Below are positions 48,491-51,381 of a DNA stretch of 51,381 nt, in pieces. Position numbers and translations under genes: made by a program. Source of the DNA: an uncultured Candidatus Saccharibacteria bacterium. GTDB taxonomy: Bacteria > Patescibacteriota > Minisyncoccia > Phycocordibacterales > UBA9973. Positions within the stretch are counted from its first letter, which is position 1. Each line of letters opens with the position of its first letter. The stretch spans positions 1 to 51,381 of the forward strand of contig CAYIEM010000003.1 in NCBI GenBank assembly GCA_964362545.1. Direction: 5' to 3'. The notes beneath the pieces were generated by a model that was not told the DNA's origin, did not search any database, and saw only the letters and a program-made list of their open reading frames with translations.

Positions 48491-48871
48491 TTATGTCTTA
48501 CTTTCTTTTCTTTTACCGGAAGCCATTGTTTTCCTTACATTGCCTCTGATAGTCCTCGAATTGCTCTTAGTACGCTGACCTCTTACAGGCAATCTCTTGA
48601 TATGTCTTATACCTCTGTATGTTTTAATATCTTTCAATCTTTTAATATTTGCGGAAATCTCTCTTTTTAAGTTTCCCTCAATTTTCATTCCTTCGATGAT
48701 TGTACGAATTTTATTTTCTTCATCTGGTGTTAAATCTTTGGCCTTTTTTCCCACATCAATGTTTACCTGTTTTAAAATTTTGCGGGCAGTCGAAATACCA
48801 ATACCATAAAGAATGGTCAATCCAATCTCAAGCCTTTTTTCATCTGGTACTGTTATTCCAAAAATTCTCAT
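48491..48871 (-). CDS. rpsM: 30S ribosomal protein S13
   Basis: YGIG, EGNLKR, YRGIRH...LPVRGQRTK. Confidence 0.97.
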   Translation of the reverse strand: MRIFGITVPDEKRLEIGLTILYGIGISTARKILKQVNIDVGKKAKDLTPDEENKIRTIIEGMKIEGNLKREISANIKRLKDIKTYRGIRHIKRLPVRGQRTKSNSRTIRGNVRKTMASGKRKESKT

Positions 48872-48877
48872 AGTAAA

Positions 48878-48988
48878 CTATTGTTTCTGCTTGTGTTTAG
48901 GGTTAGAACAAACGACGTGCAAATGCCTGGCGCGTTTTACCATTTTACAATTATCACATATTTTTTTTACAGTTGACCTGATTCGCAT
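48878..48988 (-). CDS. rpmJ: 50S ribosomal protein L36 (zinc-binding form)
   Basis: Below the ORF track cut-off; hand translation [36 protein letters not shown] between infA and rpsM. Confidence 0.95.
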   Translation of the reverse strand: MRIRSTVKKICDNCKMVKRARHLHVVCSNPKHKQKQ

Positions 48989-49123
48989 AAAAAAACAAAC
49001 GACACTAAAGCAACAACAAGCATTATTAAACATAAGACAAAAACAAAGGGAAAACCCTTATATTTTCAATGTTTATGCCCTTTTATAAACCGTAAATAAT
49101 ACTATACACCATTCTTAAAAAAA

Positions 49124-49357
49124 TTACAACCTTTTTATTATCCTTCCCTTTCCACCATAAGGGTCGAGTACCACTTCGACACTGTCTCCTATTAAAACTT
49201 TAATCCGATGCATGCGCATCTTGCCTCCTAAGTAAGCTAAAATTTCTTTTTCGTTTTCTGTCTTGTCTTCTATTCTTACTCTAAACAAAGTAGAAGGCAA
49301 TGATTCGGTGACAACACCTCTTGCCGTTAAAATTTTTTCGTTTTTTTGGTCGCTCAT
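49124..49357 (-). CDS. infA: Translation initiation factor IF-1
   Basis: GVVTESLPS..FRV, LGGKMRMHRIKVLIGD, GRIIKR. Confidence 0.96.
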   Translation of the reverse strand: MSDQKNEKILTARGVVTESLPSTLFRVRIEDKTENEKEILAYLGGKMRMHRIKVLIGDSVEVVLDPYGGKGRIIKRL

Positions 49358-49407
49358 TAAGTCTAGTAATAATACTAAATTATAACCATTAGGTCAATAT
49401 ATAAATG

Positions 49408-49547
49408 TTAATATACTTCTTGTTGGTAACATTTCTCGCAGTAGACTATTTCCGGACGGTCTGGAGCATAAGAAGTCTCAAACTCTCTTCAGGTTCTATG
49501 GCAAAATCATTTTTACAATTTTGACAAGATTTTATTTTGCTTTTCAT
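49408..49547 (-). pseudogene. Internally deleted remnant of the Cys-rich paralogue family (N-terminus joined out of frame to C-terminus)
   Basis: Hand translation MKSKIKSCQNCKNDFAIEPE + 2 nt + EFETSYAPDRPEIVYCEKCYQQEVY*. Confidence 0.9.
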
Positions 49548-49553
49548 TTTTAC

Positions 49554-49617
49554 ATCTACGCTATAGCGTAGATTCGCAAATTACCTAACTTTTCCGACCG
49601 GTAGAGTTAGGTAATTT
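49554..49617. repeat. Two palindromes upstream of the remnant
   Basis: ATCTACGCTA|TAGCGTAGAT (49554-49573) and AAATTACCTAACT...AGTTAGGTAATTT (49578-49617). Confidence 0.8.
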
Positions 49618-49641
49618 TTATGTTATCAACTTGTTAATAAC

Positions 49642-50901
49642 TTATTCTGGATAATTGACAATTACCTCTATGCTCTCGCCTTCTTCTGGAAAATAGGTTT
49701 TCCAGAAAGGACGAAGGACTAATTCCGCAGAATCAATGTTAGGATGTTTTGATAGAATTTCATTGAAATCTTTCTTTTTTTTACCTAAAATATCAGCAAC
49801 AAATTTACCCTCATCAACTTTCCAGATAATCTTAGGAGTGCCAGAAAGAGTGAAGCTGATACTCCTCACATCTGCGAAAGAGGGACTTCCTCTGTCGGAG
49901 AGAGAGAAAACCAAGTCTCTTATGTTGGGCATATAAACTTCACTTCCATCATATTGGTCTATTATGTCTTCTGCTATTTTTTTTGTTAATTTTTCTTCAT
50001 CAAAGAGAAACCCGTAAACCGATCCTTTAATGCTGACCAACATCGTGTCATCTTTATTGAGAGTAAAACTCACGTCTTCATCTTTAATATCTAGAAATAT
50101 CGCATCTTTAAATAAAACGAACCCGCCTGGAATCTGATCCGCTACTTTCTTTTGAAGCTTAGCCCTTAGTATCACCCCCAACTCGCTCGTTGCACTCGCT
50201 TTATCGAGCGAAGAGACAGAAGGAGACATTCCTTTAAATCCACCAACTATTTCACCCTTTGATCTAGCATAAAACTTAGCATATTTAGGAGTACCTTTAA
50301 AACCAATAATCTTAAAATCGAGAGGAGTACTGTTGTACTCCGGTCCTGCCACTCCCCCATATATGCCGACCTCCGCGCTTCCCGGCTTGCCATCTTTTGT
50401 CATTCCAGGTATAGTTATTTTTTTGTTCGTTTTGTAAATTTTACCATTTGATCCTTCGAGTCTCGTGTCTACATCTAAATTCTGAGAAGACGAACTGTAA
50501 CTATTATAAATAACGACACTTCCACTAGCAACTATAGAAACTTCCTTCATTTCACCGCCCTCAATTGTTTTACTTTCTTCTCCAGATATTACTACCAAAT
50601 CAAAAGACAAACCGGGTAAATTTCCGTCTTTGGTGGCGGATAAATTTTCTTTTACGGGTATATCCCTTACCTTTGGAACCAGGATAATCTTCGCTCCAGA
50701 GAATAGAAAAGATAGGGCAAAAAGAAGGAACACGATAGATATCAAAGCAACAAGATAAATCCTGTATTTCGATCTATCTTTGCTTTGTCCTTCCACATTA
50801 TAGATTTCTTTACTTTCTGTTCTTTCTTTTACAAACACAGGCCTGTACGCGTCTCTAGACCTTTTTGCCTTTACCATATCTTGTAGAAATTGTCTTGACA
50901 T
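49642..50901 (-). CDS. Single-pass membrane protein, tentatively with a baseplate-J-like extracytoplasmic domain
   Basis: One TM helix (IYLVALISIVFLLFALSFLF), then ASGSVVIYN..., IPG....PGS..V....GPEYN, I.GG; start moved to ATG 50901. Confidence 0.6.
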   Translation of the reverse strand: MSRQFLQDMVKAKRSRDAYRPVFVKERTESKEIYNVEGQSKDRSKYRIYLVALISIVFLLFALSFLFSGAKIILVPKVRDIPVKENLSATKDGNLPGLSFDLVVISGEESKTIEGGEMKEVSIVASGSVVIYNSYSSSSQNLDVDTRLEGSNGKIYKTNKKITIPGMTKDGKPGSAEVGIYGGVAGPEYNSTPLDFKIIGFKGTPKYAKFYARSKGEIVGGFKGMSPSVSSLDKASATSELGVILRAKLQKKVADQIPGGFVLFKDAIFLDIKDEDVSFTLNKDDTMLVSIKGSVYGFLFDEEKLTKKIAEDIIDQYDGSEVYMPNIRDLVFSLSDRGSPSFADVRSISFTLSGTPKIIWKVDEGKFVADILGKKKKDFNEILSKHPNIDSAELVLRPFWKTYFPEEGESIEVIVNYPE

Positions 50902-50911
50902 AAATTTTATT

Positions 50912-51381
50912 TTAACAAATAAAACGATTAATATAAATAGACTCGATGATGACAAACGGGTCACGGTCTACATTGTCCCCGAAAGATGTAACGCCGTGGA
51001 GAGTTTTTGTGTCCAAAAAGATAATTCTGAATTCCGATTCAGCCAAGGTGTATTGATTAAACTGCTCTGTCTTGATAATTTCTGAGAAAAAGTCAGCTAG
51101 GTCTTGGTCTACCGTTATAAAAATGGTAGCGGGGACCGAAATATCTTCTGATATGTTTACCAAGGATCGCTGGAATTCGTTGAGCCATTCCTTTTTTAGA
51201 TCAGTTATAATCGGCTCTAGCTTTTTCTCTACTGATTTCAACGCATGTCCATCTTTATAGAGCGATAAAAAAGATCGAGCTTCGTTTAGAGTGGTATTGA
51301 GACCCTCCGCAACCCTACGAATCATAAAGTTGCGCCCCAAAGGAAAAGATATGGAGTTACTAAGCACGCTCTTTTTTATAA
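50912..51381 (-). CDS. FtsA/PilM-like actin-fold protein, 5' part outside window
   Basis: SFPLGRNFMIRRVAEGLNTTLNEARS resembles the FtsA/PilM xPxGG..I...IA..L.....EAE segment; the ORF is open to the window edge. Confidence 0.5.
   Translation of the reverse strand, partial: IKKSVLSNSISFPLGRNFMIRRVAEGLNTTLNEARSFLSLYKDGHALKSVEKKLEPIITDLKKEWLNEFQRSLVNISEDISVPATIFITVDQDLADFFSEIIKTEQFNQYTLAESEFRIIFLDTKTLHGVTSFGDNVDRDPFVIIESIYINRFIC

Noticed and set aside
49408-49490. Remnant as a DGR template repeat for the paralogue C-termini
   Set aside because: Differences from P6 are synonymous changes at various bases, not adenine-specific, and no reverse transcriptase is in the window.
23350-49573. TCTAC...GTAGA hairpins resemble the Cas12a repeat stem, and a Cas2-like fold gene is present
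   Set aside because: Copies differ in sequence and are separated by kilobases of genes, not 30-40 nt spacers; no cas1 or effector gene; the 36484 protein has a wHTH and fits PaaX-like regulators.
629-51260. Many short antisense or overlapping ORFs in the track
   Set aside because: They lie opposite or within well-supported genes and show no motifs.
1-51381. tRNA or rRNA genes
   Set aside because: None recognised by eye; intergenic gaps are short, and the GGTTCGA near 3063-3069 belongs to the T-box antiterminator.

Overview
Low-GC bacterial chromosome segment using the standard genetic code. The gene content suggests a Patescibacteria/CPR (Parcubacteria-like) organism; this is an inference from the short non-discriminating AspRS, stand-alone riboflavin kinase, PaaX-like regulator, DUF87/VirD4-like ATPases and short intergenic palindromes. 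The left third holds aminoacyl-tRNA synthetases (aspS with a T-box leader, trpS, cysS), dnaB-recR, rplU, transporters and aguA/aguB. The right end holds infA-rpmJ-rpsM-rpsK-rpsD-rpoA-rplQ-rplM-rpsI. Between them the grpE...dnaK...dnaJ chaperone locus is stretched over about 27 kb. It contains ten co-oriented paralogues of a ~550-595 aa Cys-rich multi-zinc-ribbon protein, two VirD4/HerA-like ATPases (one frameshifted and carrying the same CxxC-x17-CxxC module as the paralogues), an MFS gene, cutA and a divergent PaaX-like regulator. Most paralogues are preceded by strong DNA palindromes, and an internally deleted eleventh copy lies next to infA. Other notable items are an apparently ultrashort-Stem-I Asp T-box with a transcription terminator, a duplicated recR 3' end bracketing a methyltransferase-like gene, and palindromic repeats inserted in frame in housekeeping genes. 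All calls come from reading the sequence; no searches were run.
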